Below, in pieces: positions 37,530-52,527 of a stretch of DNA of 64,000 nt. Both the position numbers and the translations under genes were made by a program. Location of the stretch: contig NC_087437.1 of NCBI RefSeq assembly GCF_036321535.1, forward strand, positions 21,516,001 to 21,580,000. Direction: 5' to 3'. Below the pieces are notes generated by a model, which was not told where the DNA came from, did not search any database, and saw nothing but the letters and a program-made list of their open reading frames with translations. Positions within the stretch are counted from its first letter, which is position 1. The number at the start of each line of letters is the position of its first letter. The DNA is from Camelus dromedarius. Its lineage: Eukaryota.

Positions 37530-39990
37530 TTATTCCCAACATTCTACGAGGTCAGTATTACCATGATACCAAAATCAAAGACATACATGAAAAATTACAA
37601 ATATCCCTTATGAATATAGATGCAAAAATCCTCAAGAAAATACTAGCAAGTAGAATCTTGTAGCATATAAAAAGGATTGTACGCTAAGACCTAGTGGGAT
37701 TTATCCCAAGTATGCAAGGTTGGTTTGGCATATGAAAAACTTATCAATGATATACACCATATTAATTGTATAAGGGAAAGAATCCATGTGATCATTTCAA
37801 GAAATAAAAAGAAATAGCATTTGACAAAATCTAACACCCCTCCAGGGGGGAAAAAATCAACAACCGAGGAACAGAAGGAAATTTCCTCACCTAATAAAGG
37901 GCATCTATCAAAACTCCACAGCTAACATTATACTTAATGCTGAAAGACTGAATACTTATCTTTAAGATCAAGACAAGATAAGGATGTTTACTCTCACTGC
38001 TTCTATTTAACATTGTACTGGTGGTTTTAGTCACAGAGTTACGCAAGAAAAAGAAATAAGTCATCCCGATTGTATAGGAAGAAGTACAATTACCTCTATT
38101 TGCAGAAGTCAGAAAAAATTAGGGCTAATAAACAAGTTTAACAAGGTGGCAGGATGCAAGATCAATACACAAAAGTCAGTTTTATTTCCATAAATAGTAA
38201 TGAATAATCTCCCCCACCCCAAAGTAAGAAAACAGTTCCACTGACCACAGTATTAAAGAGAATAAAATACGTAGGAATAAATCTTAAAAAGTGCAAGACT
38301 TGTACACTGAAAACTATAAGACATCTTTGAAAGAAATAGAAAGGCTTAATATTGTTAAGATAACAATACTACCTAAAGTGGTCTACAGATTCAACACAAT
38401 CCCTATAAAAACTCCAGCTGCCATTTTTGCAGAAATAGACAAGGTGATCCTAAAATTCACATGAAATTCAGGAGACCAGAAGAGACAAAATAATCTTGAA
38501 AAAGGGAAACAAAGTTGGAGGACTCAAACTTTTCAATGTCAAAACTTGTAAGAAAGCTATGGTAATGAAGATGGTGTGTTGTTCACAAAAAGATGGCATA
38601 CAGATCAGAGAAATAGAACTGAGAGACTAGAGATAAACCCATACTTCCATGGTCAATTGATTTCTGACAAGGGTGCCAAGACAATTCAATGGAGTGCAAA
38701 GAACAGTCTTTTAGCAAATGGTGCTAGGACAACTAACTATCTACATGCAAAGGAGTGAATATAAACCCCTCTCTTGTATCATATATATACTTACTCAAAA
38801 ACAAAAAAACCAAAAAAACCCCAAGAAAACCCCCCCAAATATAAGAGCTGAAACTATGAAACGCCTAGAAAAAAACAGGTATAAATTTTTGTGACCTTAG
38901 ATTAGGCAATAGTTTCTTAGATATGACACCTAAAGCACAAGCAACCAAAGAAAAAATGGAAAAAAAAAGGTTAAATCAGATCTGATCAAAATTAAAAACT
39001 TTTGTGTTTCAAGTACACTGTAATGTTAGTTAAAAGACAACCCACAGAATGAGAGCACATATTTGCAAATCAAATTATCCTATTACCTATAGTATACAGA
39101 ATATGTAATGATTTCTTACACCTCAAGAATAAAAAATCCAAGTATAAAAATGAGTGAAAGGTTTGAATATGTATTTCTTCAAAGAAGATATACAGTCAAT
39201 AAGTATGTAAAAGAATGTTCAATATTATTAGTCACTGATGAAATACAAATGAAAACCATAAGGAGATTCCACTTTACACTTACTAGGATGGCTGTAATAA
39301 AAGAGATGGCAGTAACAGTGTTATGGAGGATGGAGAAACTGGATCCTCATATCTACCTGGTGGGAATGTAAAATGGTACAGCTACTTTGGAAAACACTTT
39401 GGTAGTTTCACAAAGAGTCAAGCAGAGAGTTAACGTATGATTCAGTAATTCTGTTCATTTGTGTGTACCAAAGAGAAATGCAAACATATGTTTACACAAA
39501 AACTTGTATATGAATATTCGTAGCAGTATTATTCATTATAGCCCCAAAGTGGAAACAACCCAAATGTCCATCAATGGATTAATGGATAAAAATAAAATGT
39601 AGTATTCATACAACAGGATATTGGTCAGCCATAAAAAGAAATGAATACTGATACAAGGTACAACATGAATGAATCTTGAAAAGATTACGCCAAGTGAAAA
39701 GAGCCAGTCTCAAAAGGTCACGTATCTTATGATTCTGTTTATATGAAATATCCAGAATATGTCAATCCATAGAGGCAGAAAGTAAATTAGTGGTTCCCAC
39801 GGGTAGGGTAATGATTACTAGTAAGTATGGTGTTCCTTTTTCGGGTGATAATATTTTAAATTTAGATAGTGGCATTGGTTGTACAACTTTGTGAAAGTAC
39901 CAAAAAAACACTGATTGTACACTTTAAAAGGATGAATTTTATGGTAAGTGAATTAACTTAGTAAAGCTGTTAATTAATAAAAATAAAAGG
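37530..39990 (+). mobile_element. Older L1 (L1MB-like) ORF2 3' part and 3' UTR
   Basis: Degraded RT-region motifs (gatgcaaaaatcctcaa, gcatttgacaaaat) through 3' UTR to an A-rich end. Confidence 0.85.
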
Positions 39991-40030
39991 AAGCAGTTAG
40001 CACAAGTAAAACTCCTAACTCAAAACTTAC

Positions 40031-40133
40031 ATTTTCTGTGAGGCTCATGTTTTCTTTGCTTAACACTGTTGTCATTAAAGCCAGATTTATGATGTTGAGT
40101 TACTTGACTTATCTCTTGAGGTAGAACTGCACC
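40031..40133 (-). CDS. XRN1: XRN1 coding exon, GAVLPQEISQ...KHEPHRK
   Basis: cag acceptor, gtaagt donor; 103 nt, phase 0-1. Confidence 0.95.
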
Positions 40134-41759
40134 CTGAAAGTTAAAATTCTTATAAATGACTTAAACAAACTCTTAATATTAAAAATACTTCTCTTCCTCA
40201 ATGTTTAATAAATACTTCATCACTTTTATAAAAAATATTGACCTCATTAGAAAATAATTTAAGGAATGCAGAAAAGTAAAGAGAATTTTAAAAACCAAAT
40301 TCTACAACCCCAGGAATAACTATTATTAACATTATGATCATCACTCCAGATGTTTCTTTATGCATTTGATAGTAAGATATATAGAAAACAATCATTTTAC
40401 AAAAATGCTTTCAATAGAAAGAATTAAACCTAATTTTGCTTGAAGCTAATACAGAAACTAACGAGAAGACAAAACTTTAGGTAAATGTTTCCTCACAACA
40501 GAAATATCAGCCTCTAAAGATTCCTCTGGATTTGCTTCAAAATAATCCTACCTCTGAGGTATGTGGGGATGGGAAATAAGGTGTAATGGAAGAAACAGAA
40601 TTGGACATGTTCAAGGTAGGGATGGGTACTTATAGGTTTCTTATACTATTCTCTTGACTTTATTATTTAAAAAATTTCCATTAAAGAGGTTTTAAAAAAT
40701 TTATCATTCTTACCCCTGTTACAGGAGTTGAGGATATTAGCCCTTCCACATCCTTTCCCCCAATACCTGATTTTTTAATTAATATCTATATTATCAAGGT
40801 TTTCAAACGGTGGAAGACTACTACCAGATAGCAAGACTGATTATAAAGTTATCATAACTGAGACAGTGTAAGAATGGGCAGAATTAGCAAAATGGCATAC
40901 TCATATGAAGATCATATCAGATCCTTTTGCTTTCTAATAGAGAGGAGGCATGAAGGCACAAAGAAACAGATTACATGCCACAGCTCAAGTGGGAAGGGGA
41001 AGCAAAAGTAGGGGCAGGAGATGGTCAATAAAAACTAATCACTTTACAATGGTTACACAATTTTGCTTTTGGTGGGCCCTATTTATTATTTTTTTCTGGG
41101 CACAGACAAATGAACACTGGATGCAAAGGCATATCACGTCCTAGTTGGCAGTGGGCATGTTGCAAAATAGTTGTGATATGCACCATAGTGTGAAGGAAGA
41201 TCCAGTGAGCTCATATGCACAGGAACATCCAGGGCTCTTTAGTCTGTAAGAGTGAAAAGGGCCAAGAGATGTCTATCTGCAGAGCACAATGGTTGGTGGG
41301 GTTTTTGGCCCAGAGCAGCACACTATGGGGGATTTTGACTCTAAGAAAGGGAACTGGAACACCAGGATCAACAGATTGGTATGAACAAATATTGTATGAG
41401 TGTCTATTATGTGCCAGGCATGGTAGGATGTACTTTGCATCCATTATCTTATCATTAGAATAATACTATGATCATAAAAATACTATGGTATTTTGATTCC
41501 ATTTTATAGATAAGTAAACTGAGGTTCAAAGTGATAAAGTAATTTGGTTATAGAACTGACTAATAGAAGAGCTGACATCTGAGCTCTAATTCTAAAACCC
41601 ATGTTGACAGTACCATTTCAAAGAACAAGTGCCCTAAGTTTAATTAGAAAGAAAATATTCTACTTACAAGTACAGTCTTTTTGGTTGTTCTGTTTGATGT
41701 CTACTTAAAGCTATTTGTGTTAGTCACATTCTCATATTTTGTCAATAAAAACTTGGCAT

Positions 41760-42155
41760 TTTTTAAAGACTTTCTTTAGAGCAGTTTTAAGTTCACAACA
41801 ATATTGAGAGGAAAGTACAGAGATTTCCCATGTACCCCCTGCCCTCATACATGCACAGCCTTCTCCATTATCAACACTCCCCCCTCACCCCCAACCACAG
41901 CAGAATGGTACATTTGTGGCAACCAATGAACTTACATTGACACATAATTATTAGCCAAAGTCCATTTTACATTGGGTTCACTCTTGGTGTTGTACATTCT
42001 ATGGTCTGGACAAATGTATATAAATGACATGTATCCACCATACAGTACCATACAGAGCTTATTCACTGTTCTACCTATTCACATCTCCCTTTCCCACAAC
42101 CCCTGGCAACCACTGATATTTTTACTGTCCCCATAGCCTTGCCTTTTCCAGAAGC
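41760..42155 (-). mobile_element. L1MA/MB-like 3' end
   Basis: tttagagcagttttaagttcaca...cccctggcaaccactgat. Confidence 0.7.
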
Positions 42156-43578
42156 TTGAATACCTTTAAAAAAAAAATCATGTTGAGTTCTCTAGAACTC
42201 TAGAGCATATTAAAATGTAATTCAGATCATGTCACTCTGCTACTCAAAACATTCTACTGACTCCCTGTCTTACTGAGTAAAAGCTAATGTCCTTATATTG
42301 GTCAGAAGGTCCTAGAGTATCAATCTGTTACCTCGCCAGTTGCATTTCCTATAACTCACCCTACCGATTCAGCCAAATGGTCTTCTTTCTCTTCCTTGTG
42401 TATGCCTGGGATCACCCCCTAAAACAGAGCCTCTCCCCTCAGGTATCTGTGTATTTTACTCCTCATTTCATTCAAATCTTTGCTCAAATGTTACCCAAAC
42501 ATTCCATTTAAAATTGGAAAACCTCACCTTCCCTCCCCTCAACATTTCCTATCCTGCTTCCCTGAAATTTTTCTCAAACTTATATATCATTGTCTAATAT
42601 ACCATTTAATTTACTTTTTTATCTTATGTATTGTCCTTTCCTCCCTACAATACTAATTGTATGAGAGCCAGGATTTTTGTTTTGTTTACAGCTGTATTTT
42701 GCATAGAACAATGCCTAGTATATGGTAGGCACTTAATAAATATGTGTTGAATGAACAAATGAATGATAAAAAAGCACTCCTGAAGAATGAGTGGTTAGCA
42801 GTATCAATAACGGAGGAAAAGAGAGTTTGAAAATCTAGATATGGATTACATTTGTGTAGAAAGGATTTGTGGATGATCTAAGGAAAACTCATATTAGCAT
42901 TCTGGCAGAGGTGACCTGTGTGCTTTGTCACTCTCACTTTTTATGTTTATTTTACCATCATTCCCTTTGCTATTTTCCTCTCTCTAGCTCTGCTAATGCC
43001 ACCATCACTGGTGGACATTAGAATAAATTAGGCCTTTATGGTATAGGTTACTGGTTTATAAGCTTAAGAGGACATTCCTTTTTAACCTATGCTGAGAAGA
43101 TAGGTCAGTAACTAGCAAAAAATGCAGTAGGAATTCATTCCTTTTCTTCCTTTTTTTTTTGGTATCTGAGTCTACTCTTCTGGCAGAATTTTTTTCCTCT
43201 TACTAATCTCTAGCAAGGAATGTGAATTTGTTCATTCTATTTAAGATAACCAATTGCCAGCATAAAGCCATATATTCAAGTGGAAATGAGTAAGTTAATG
43301 AGTGCCATTAAAGCCTTTATTGAATTTAAAATACAGGTTATTATGATTTTGTAAACAACTAAAAAAAATCTAAAACTGATTTAAAAGGAAAATTTTCTAT
43401 ATTCTCACTTACTGGTCCAAAAAGATGTATGTCTGAAAGAGAATTATGAAAATTCAAGATCAAAACTGTTATTTCTATTTTATGAGATTTCAGGAGAAAA
43501 ATTAATCATTGCAAACCTAAAAGAGAATATAAAAATAAATTTTTAAAATTAAATGTTCGTCAGGCATGGTATACTAAC

Positions 43579-43674
43579 CTTCTCTTGTAGAGTTGGCTGA
43601 AAGTGCTGAGCCTTTCTGGATCCCTGTAAAGACTGCCAAATGTTGCAAAATTCATCATCATCTTTAGTGGGTAC
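43579..43674 (-). CDS. XRN1: XRN1 coding exon, VPTKDDDEFCNIWQSLQ...TLQEK
   Basis: cag acceptor, gttagt donor; 96 nt, phase 0-0. Confidence 0.95.
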
Positions 43675-44745
43675 CTGGGAAAGTACAAAAAATTTCTTAT
43701 GGAAAACTGAAACATGAAAAATTAAAGATTCAAATTAAAAGTCAAACAATTCATTAAAGCTATTTAGCAGTAGACAGGATATTTAAATTTCATTATCTGA
43801 CATCTCAGTTCTTTTTTCTTCTGCTCAGTATAGTAATCATAAAAGTATACTGCTGGAATGAAAATGAGCTTCTTCATATGTAATTAGTAATCTGAAAATA
43901 TTTAAAGCATAACAAATGCTATAAAAGATTAAACTGAATCAATACCCACCAACAGATTTTTTTTGTCTTCCAGATTACCTCTATCAAACTAATGTTTAAC
44001 AATTTTTATTTTAAAAATCTTCATCTTACACAAAAATAATCTAATAGATTAAAAAATCAGCTATTACTTATGGGGAACTTATTTCATGCAAATTAAAACT
44101 CTGGAAAAATATGCACCAAAATTTAACAGTGGTTACCTACAAGATTTGAGAGGGTTTTTGCTTGTTTCCTTAGTTATTATCTACTTATATATGTTTTCTA
44201 ATTAGCCTATAATACACATGTATTATTTAGATTAAAAAGTGTGGTTCAGATTTGGGGCCATGGTATTAAAATTAAGTATCTCACACAAAACAATTCAATT
44301 TTTGTCCTCAGGAAGATGAAATAAAGGAAATCATCTATGAATTCCCATCCCATGCATGGTGGAGATTTGAAAATTGCTTTTGATAAACATGATATAGTCC
44401 TCTCCTTTTCACCTTTTGAATTAATGTCATTTCACAACAGACAGCATAGGTCATTCAGGTGAAACAAGAAAAAAATGTAACTGTTAGTTCACAAAGTAAA
44501 TATATAAAGAGAAAACAGGCATTTTTAAGCTCATTATTTAAATGTCTTTTTTTCTTTAAAATAACTGTAATTTTAAAACAGAAGTAGAATGCTCTCAATA
44601 GCATTCTTTACTAGTCTGTTAGGTTAAAGTAAATTTGGAACTGCGTTGAACTAAAACTTTTTAAAAAACTAAGTTAAATTAAGTTTCCACTTACAAAACT
44701 ACCTATGACTTATAAAAGAGAGAAATGAAAAACTAAGAGTCTTAC

Positions 44746-44953
44746 TTGAGTAGGAACAAAAAGTGATTGAGGGGAATGGTTCAGGCCTCCCAAATGCCCA
44801 GATGAAATTGATGAATTTGAGCTATAGTGATTCACAGCTGGTTGTGGTTTCACGATCGCTGTCAACTTCTGACTTCCGGTTTCAGAGCGACTCCCATGAG
44901 AAAGGTTCACCAAGGCACTTGTTGGCAGTCGATAACCTCTACCAGGTGAGCAC
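44746..44953 (-). CDS. XRN1: XRN1 coding exon, CSPGRGYRLP...QSLFVPTQ
   Basis: tag acceptor, gtaag donor; 208 nt, phase 2-0; overlaps ORF 44710..44913. Confidence 0.96.
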
Positions 44954-47251
44954 CTAAAAGTAAAAAGTTATGTCAAGGTCAGAGGGAACGAATACTAAAT
45001 GTGCTAGAGAGCAGAAGAATCAAATTTTGTTTGGATAGTCTATAATCTGAATTAATACATACTACTTTTAAATTCAGTAGAGGAACTTGACTCATAGGAA
45101 GATCTCAATTTAGAAGATGATGTATTTCTGAATTGACTATTCAGTGCTACTAAGTGGGGAAAAAACTGTTCCAGAGGTGCAGTTGTGTGTGTAGGGGTGT
45201 GTGTTCATGTGTGTGTTAGTTTGCCCTCAGAAGGCTTGCAACATAATAGCTGAGTTAACTAAAAACTTATGAATTAAATGTCAAACTTCTTTTAAAAAAC
45301 AGTGGCTTGTTGTACAGTCTAGGTTATGAAGCTGCTCAGTGAGGAGCCATTCTAAGTGTGGCTCTACCTACGCAACAGGGCAAACAATAGCTTTGATCAC
45401 GTTTGTCTCCTGATCAACTGTTGAGTTCTGCTCTTTTTATTCTCATCTTCCCATCTAAAGTTCTATACTTAAGAGACAAGTATTTGTGATTTCCTTCCTT
45501 CCTGGCCTTGGTAAAAGTGTTTAGATATTAAAATAAGCCTGCTCTGGTCAGAAGTTTTCAACTCTATAAGAATATAATTTTCTTATATGCTGAGATCAGG
45601 AGAAGTAGAATTCTTCCATGAGAAATCTTTGTTAGATTTCTAGAAAATATTTTTGTGATAACTATACTTAACGATTCTGCATTATAGAAATGAATATACT
45701 GCAGGCAGGTAATCTTTTACTTAGCTCTCTATCAGTCAAGAATCAGTGCCTTAACCTAGGAGGGGAAAAAAAAAGACCCTGAGAAAAAGTTAATCATTTG
45801 AAAAATACATTTCAAAGTTATTTGGCTAAGGTTATTGGTAACTAATCATTTTCATGGAAAATAAAATCAGGTATGGGATCCAGACTCTGCTGCTGCATTT
45901 AAGAGCACAGATAGTAAAATCTTTGGCTAACAGGTACATTCACGTTACAAAACAATAATAGCATTCTGAAGGTGATAATCTGGTATTAGGACTAATTGTG
46001 CTTTTATGCAAAGATGCTAAAGAAGAGTAATTAATTTTTTATTTTAATTACTTAGTAAACAAAACAGAGGAGGGAAAAAAACTAAGCAAACTTGTTTTTC
46101 AGCTGGTTTTTAGAAGGAGGAAAGGAAAACTAGAAAGGATTTCATTCGATCCTCAAAATAACCTAGTGAAGTATACATTTTCATTACAGATGAGGAAATT
46201 GAGGGTCAGAGAGCATTTAACTAACCTACCCAAGGTAACACAAAGGTTAAGTGAGAGAGCACACACTTTCTAATATTCCATGGTACCTCTCATTCTATCA
46301 TGATGTTTTCCCCATAGCTTAAAACTTTCTTTCTATTAATGCTCCCCTAGAATAGACTTGAGTAAGCCTTAGTCATGTTAAATTAAAAGCAAACAATCCA
46401 ATCCTCTTCCTTTAAATCTCCTAACAGCCGGTCATCTTTTCTACCCTTCATGGTCAAACTTTTCAAGGGTCAGCTCAATTTCTTGCCTCCATTATTATAA
46501 CTGTCATTCATTCCTCAAACCACTCCAGTCTGGCTTGAGCACTCACAACTCCAGTAAAACAAATGACAAAGAGTTAACATGTCACTCAATTCAAAGAACA
46601 TTTCTATTCCTCAAGTTATTCAACCATTAAAAAAATGCAAATCTGATCATGTCACATCTCTTATTTTGATGGCTTCACACTGCTTTAAGGATAAAAACCA
46701 AGATCCAAAGATCCTAAGCATGTCCTGAAAGTTAGCTTACAAGTTCCTGCACGGTTCCTCTTCTCTCTTACCTAATCTTACACAGTTGCTGAAGTTGACA
46801 CACTTGCATTCCTTGTTTTTAAATGAGTGAAAATGTCCTCTGTTGCATATGCTATTCTTTCTTCCTGACCTCTTGTCCCTCTTCCTCCCTCTTCCACCAG
46901 TTACCTATTATTTATTCTTCACGTCCCATTTTAAATATCACTTCTTCAGGAAAGCCTTTGTAGAACTCTCAGGACAGATCACACTCTTAAAGAAACCTAA
47001 TTTTTTTCTTCCCAGCACTTGTCACATTTTAGTTAAAAAATAATATTGTAATAAGTTAATTATATCTCCTACTACAATGAAAGCTCATAAGGGTGGAAAC
47101 CATGCCTGTCTTATTCACTGTTACATCTCTAGTTGCAAGTATGATGCCTTTTTACATACTAGGAATTCAAGTTGTGAACAAACAAATGATGCAAAGTCAT
47201 TGGCCACATGGACACATTCACAAAGTGTAATTATCATCTGGAAATACAAAC

Positions 47252-47321
47252 CTTATTGTTAAGCCTCCGGGAAATTCTTCATCAAATAATACTTCAAATA
47301 GTACATCAGCTTCTCTGTTAG
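47252..47321 (-). CDS. XRN1: XRN1 coding exon, ANREADVLFEVLFDEEFPGGLTI
   Basis: cag acceptor, gtttgt donor; 70 nt, phase 1-2. Confidence 0.95.
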
Positions 47322-47568
47322 CTGTTTAAAGAAAGAGATTGAAAAATCGTATGATAAAAAAATCAGTATATAAGTTTTTGGAGTATAAGAAGCATTACAA
47401 CTATCAATACAAACAGCGAGTGAAAAGTAAATAAGCTCACAGATTACCTTACTGGTATTAAATTAAAGTAAAATAATAATATTTTAAATTAGATGTTGCG
47501 GGAATTAATTATATTTTTCTCTGTTTTTGTATATATTGGAAATTATTCATAAAAAGAGTTAATACAAA

Positions 47569-47673
47569 GGGGGAAGGTATAGCTCAAGTGGCAGAGCACA
47601 TGTTTAGCATGCAAGAAGTCCTGGGTTCAATCCCCAGTACCTCCATAAAATAAACAGATAAATAAACCTAGTT
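47569..47673 (+). mobile_element. tRNA-derived SINE (vic-1-like)
   Basis: ggggaaggtatagctcaagtgg...ctgggttcaatccccagtacctcc. Confidence 0.88.
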
Positions 47674-50016
47674 CCACACCCTGCCCTTTGGAGTTTGCAG
47701 TTTAGAAGGTCTTCTAATTAGACAATGGAAATAAAGATTTGAAGATGTGGCAGGAATGTGGGGAACAGAATGGAGAATGGATATATTATTAAATAGAATT
47801 GGCAAGAGTTTGTAACCTGTGTAGATAAAAATAGAGATGTCAAAGATGACTGCAAGGTTCTGGCTGAGATAACTTGTCAGATAATGGATGTCATAATTGA
47901 GACATAAGACACATGAGAAAGACAGTGGCACAATAAACTTAATTAGGAACAGAGAAGAATAATCTGGCAGAGAGGGTGATGGGACATAACTGAAAGTTTA
48001 AATTTACCAAAATGTCAAGGTGAAGTAATTAGCTGTAACAATGTTTGAATTCTAAGCCCAAGTTAATAATTGTGTCTATCACAGAACTTCAGAACTCAGT
48101 CCCTCTCTCTATTTCTCTCCCCACCTCCACCCCAACCCCTTTCCATCCTATTAGTTCTGTTTCTCTGGAGAACCCTGACTAATATGGTATCTGACACTAT
48201 GCTAGCCCCTGGTAGGGGTTGGAGAATGTTACCCTCACTCCCAGTCCCTCATTGCCCAATTAAAACAAGGCCTGCAGAGCTTCCTCATTCTCCCCATCCG
48301 GCTGTACCTTTCACCTGACACTTTTACCTAAAATTTAAACCCAGGAAAGTGGGGCTTAATGAGAGGCAGGAGTTTCTCCTCTGAAGGCTTAAGGCCCACT
48401 TCTAGGTTCCCGTTTCTCGTCTGACGGAGGAGCAACTTCCTCAAAAGATTATTGATAAGAGAATTGTTCACCCCCTTTAGTGGAGATGACTATGGACATG
48501 AGGTATTAGCTGAGAGCAGTAAGACAAACACTCCCCTTCCTATTCCATGTCCACAGCAGACATGGTTAATCAATGATTGAGTTTTTTCCACTCCGTGTAG
48601 ATATAGCTCTAAAATCCTTCTCAAGATAAAATCCCAAATGGTCACCATTACTGACAGGAGTTGTCAGAAGAAAGGAAACTTCTGTTATCAGAGTCGTAAG
48701 GTCTTTTCAGGACAACCTCGTTAGAGTACAATGCAATAAGCTCAACATTTGAACAGCTGATGTCTCAGGTTGAGCAGACAGCAGCAAGCAGGTTGCTTCG
48801 TTACACCCATCTGACCCTTACCATGACTAGCCCAGATCTTCCTTCCTCCATTTTCAGCAGCCAGAAATATATCCAAAAAATTCAAAGAAGAATCAGGGAA
48901 GAAAATTTTCTTTTTGAGGTAGGTTGGCAGGGAAGACCCCAAGAGGATGTGCAGATGGAAAATGTATAGAACCACTGCTCAAAGTTAGAGAAGAATCAGG
49001 GGAAAGAGTTCAGATCCCAGCTCTGCTACTCATCTGTGTCAACTCAGTCAAGTCACTTAACCTCTTAGGTGAGAAAATAATATCTACCTCTTACGTGGTT
49101 GTGAGGGTTAAATGCAAAATGTAAAAGTGCCTGGCACACGTTGGCACTAAATAAGCAGTTCTCTTAGGCTCACGGCCTGTCTGCTCTTCCTCCTTTCTGG
49201 ACAGTGAGACCAAAGTTGAGTGCCTGGGACATGGAGGGACAGTGCTGCAAGCACCCTGATCCCTAGGTACCTGATTGGCTGCTTCGTGTTGGGTTGACTT
49301 TTTTTGCAATCTATGCAGCAAAGCTACTCACTCCCGGCATCCCTCTGAGGCACTTTTAGGTCTGTGGCTAATTCTTTCATTTTATTTTCACTCTCTCATC
49401 TTTTTTTTTTTGGTAAAAAAACACATAACAAAATTTACCATTGTAACCATCTTCAAGTGTACTGTACTACAGCGTTAACTAAGATGCACATCATTGTGCA
49501 ACAGACTGACAGGTCTGTTTTATATACATAATCTAGGTTGTAGTCATAAAGTTCAAATTAATATGCACATTTAACTTTCAAATATTTCAGCTATAAATAA
49601 GCTCATAAATTATGTTTATTTCTCCACAGAAATCAGGAAATTACAATGAAAATTAAGGTAAAGCCCTGAACAAGAACTAAGGAGGCATGACAAAATGTTT
49701 CTTTTGGTTTCATGAAAATGTATGTATTCTCGCCAAGGTCTTGGATAATTTTAATGTGCTATACACAAGCTACCAAATTTTCAGCAGCCATTCCTCAACT
49801 TCCCTATCTTTTAATCACTTCCCAGCTGATTACACAAGACAGAAAAGGACAAATTTCTCTAACTAAAACTGAAAAAGAAAATTTAACTAAAACATAAAAG
49901 GATTTAGTGTTTTTCTTGATTATAGTCGCTTTCTGCTTACATATAGAACACACAAATTTATGTTTTACTTTACAGTAAAAATGCAGCTGAAGACATGTCA
50001 AGTATTGCATTATTAC

Positions 50017-50149
50017 CCCCTTTAATGCCTATGATGGTGCCCCGAAGGCCGACTGGAACGGAAAAGTTCTCTCTCACATTTACAACACGGTCAAAGAGAC
50101 GAAATTCTGCATCCCGATCAGGAATGACTCCATGTTGCTGTTCTAAAGG
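50017..50149 (-). CDS. XRN1: XRN1 coding exon, PLEQQHGVIPD...GTIIGIKG (start of SH3-like domain)
   Basis: cag acceptor, gtaat donor; 133 nt, phase 0-1. Confidence 0.96.
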
Positions 50150-50285
50150 CTGAAGAGAAGATAGATTTAATTATTATTATTAACTCTAATTTAAAAAAGT
50201 TTTTCTACTAATATATTGAAAATATTTTGTTCCTTCTATACTTTCAAAGCAAAAACAACTTTGAACTATTTGACAGGAAACTTAC

Positions 50286-50342
50286 TCTGTACAGCAAATG
50301 GGGCTTCACTGTCACTCGAACCTTCTTATTAGTCTTTCTTTG
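50286..50342 (-). CDS. XRN1: XRN1 coding exon, QRKTNKKVRVTVKPHLLYR
   Basis: cag acceptor, gtaag donor; 57 nt, phase 0-0. Confidence 0.95.
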
Positions 50343-51929
50343 CTGAGAAAAGAAAATTTTGAAACCACTTAAAAATACTAAATTTTAAAATTATTATTCA
50401 GCATTTGGACACATCTGAACTTTAAAAAGCCGAAAGAAATGAGTAAGTTCAAGATAATTTGACTTTCTTTAGATACAAGTAAGGAGGAATAAATAAATTC
50501 TTAAAATTTTTTAAAGTAAAAATTTTTGGTTGACATATGACATAATAGAAAAATGCAAACTTCTAAGTATAAAGTCTGATGAATTTTTATATTATGAGCC
50601 TATGTATAACCCAGTTCAAGAGACAGAACATTACTAAGAACAACATTAAAAACCTCTGAAAAAAGAAATTAAGAAAAAAAATTCCTCTACTGCCTCCCAG
50701 TTACTACTCTATCCCAAAGTAACCTTACTTCTTACACAAAGGTAATATTTGTCTGTTTTAAATTTTATATGAAAACTATCCTATTCAAATGCTTTTTTTA
50801 CTGTAAAAAGAATTGTTTACAATGGTCAATAAAGAGTTATATTAAAGAAAAAACATTATAAAGGATTGATTTATGTCAATATCATGTGTTTTGTGGCTAC
50901 TTATAAAAATTAAAAATTAGGGTGACATTCATTTACAATGTCCTTGGTTTGGGGAAATGGCTTTGATATTTGAATTTCTGACTAAACAATGCTGGAGGAA
51001 GAGTTTTCTTCTATCTTTGCTAATTAATTCTGTGACTTTGCATGTAAGCATCAGCTTCTTTCAATCTGTAAGACGGAAATACTACTACCTGTTCTACCTA
51101 ATAAAAATGTGAGAAAATTTATATTCATTGCAACCCATTACTACCATTCACATTAATTTTTTTCAAAAAGTGATTCTTACCTATCAAGAAAAATGGCAGT
51201 AGTTTACTTGTGAGGTAGTCACCTATCTTTAGGACACAGCTTATGGAAGTAAGCACAGAAGGGCATAAAACAGCCCTAAGCTAAAGTCCATACATTACAG
51301 AGTTTTTGTATTTATATAGTGTGAAACGCTCAAGCCTTTAAATAGAGTCTATTTTCTTTTTTTTATAGAGATATTTCATTTCTTCTTTCAGTAAATATTT
51401 ACTGAGTTCCATTTATGTGCCATTTATTGATTTAGGTCCTGGGGACAAAATAGTGAACTGTTCTTTTATTCTAGTTGAGGAAGACACACAAGAAACAAAA
51501 TAAGGAAAATAAATAGCATGTTTGAAGGTAAAAAGCATAGAGGAAAATAAAGCAGATAAGGGGGATTGGTGTGGGGAGAGATTTGTAATTTTAAATAGGG
51601 TGAAAAGCGAAGGTCTTACTAACAAGGTGTCTGTTTCCAGTCCACAACAGACTAGAAGTGCTAAGAGTACAACTACCGCCTACCGACAACAGCAAGAAGA
51701 AAGAATATGAGAAGAGATCTGAAGTAATTTTAAAAAGCAGACACAATAACTGTGCCTAGAGGACTGCATATGAAAAAACAACCCATATGCTCTAACATAC
51801 CCCTAGGCATTGTTACATTACAGCACTGATTAGAGAATATTAGCATTCAAACCTGATTCGTTAGGCAAATTAATAAACTAGGGTATTTCCACCACAGGCT
51901 CCAACCCACAGTTACCGAATGAATGAACA

Positions 51930-52170
51930 GTTCTGGGGAATGACTACTCAAAATGTGATCACCTGGGAGCTTGTTAGAAATGCAGACTATCAAGAATGGC
52001 TCATCCTGGAGTGACTGAATCAGAATCTGTATTCTGACAAGATCCCCCAGTGATTCGTGTGCACATTAAAGTTTAAGAAGTACTGCTCTGGAGATGGAAT
52101 TCAGAATGCATGTTTTTTAAAAAGCTCCTCCAGTAATTTTGATAATTAGCTGAGTCTGGGAATCACTGTC
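51930..52170. mobile_element. MER5-like fragments
   Basis: cacctgggagcttgttagaaatgcag...ccccagtgattcgtgtgcacattaaagttt. Confidence 0.6.
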
Positions 52171-52527
52171 CAATAAGAAAACTACAGATACTTTTAATGA
52201 TGACCCTGCAGTAAAAAGTTAAAATTATGTTCAGAATATTGTTCATTTTTTAGTTTTTTCTTCTTCTTATCTTTATTACCCTAATAACATTCTAACACTG
52301 AAAAGGGGGAAAAAATCTCATAGCTACACCTTGACACATTAACAGGTTTTTATTCCTATATGAAAATGTAATCAAAATAATTGACTACAACTTTGTATAT
52401 GGATCTTCAGTTTGCAAAGTAAGGGAAAAATGTGTAAAACATTTAGAAAGCTCCACATCCAAATGGGTTCAAATAAAATTTGGAGGCTTAAGATTGTAAG
52501 TGGAAAACTCATTTCAAAAACAATCCT

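Noticed and set aside
42790..43330. Non-repeat intronic stretch as a possible snoRNA
   Set aside because: No properly spaced C/D or H/ACA boxes with terminal stems found by eye
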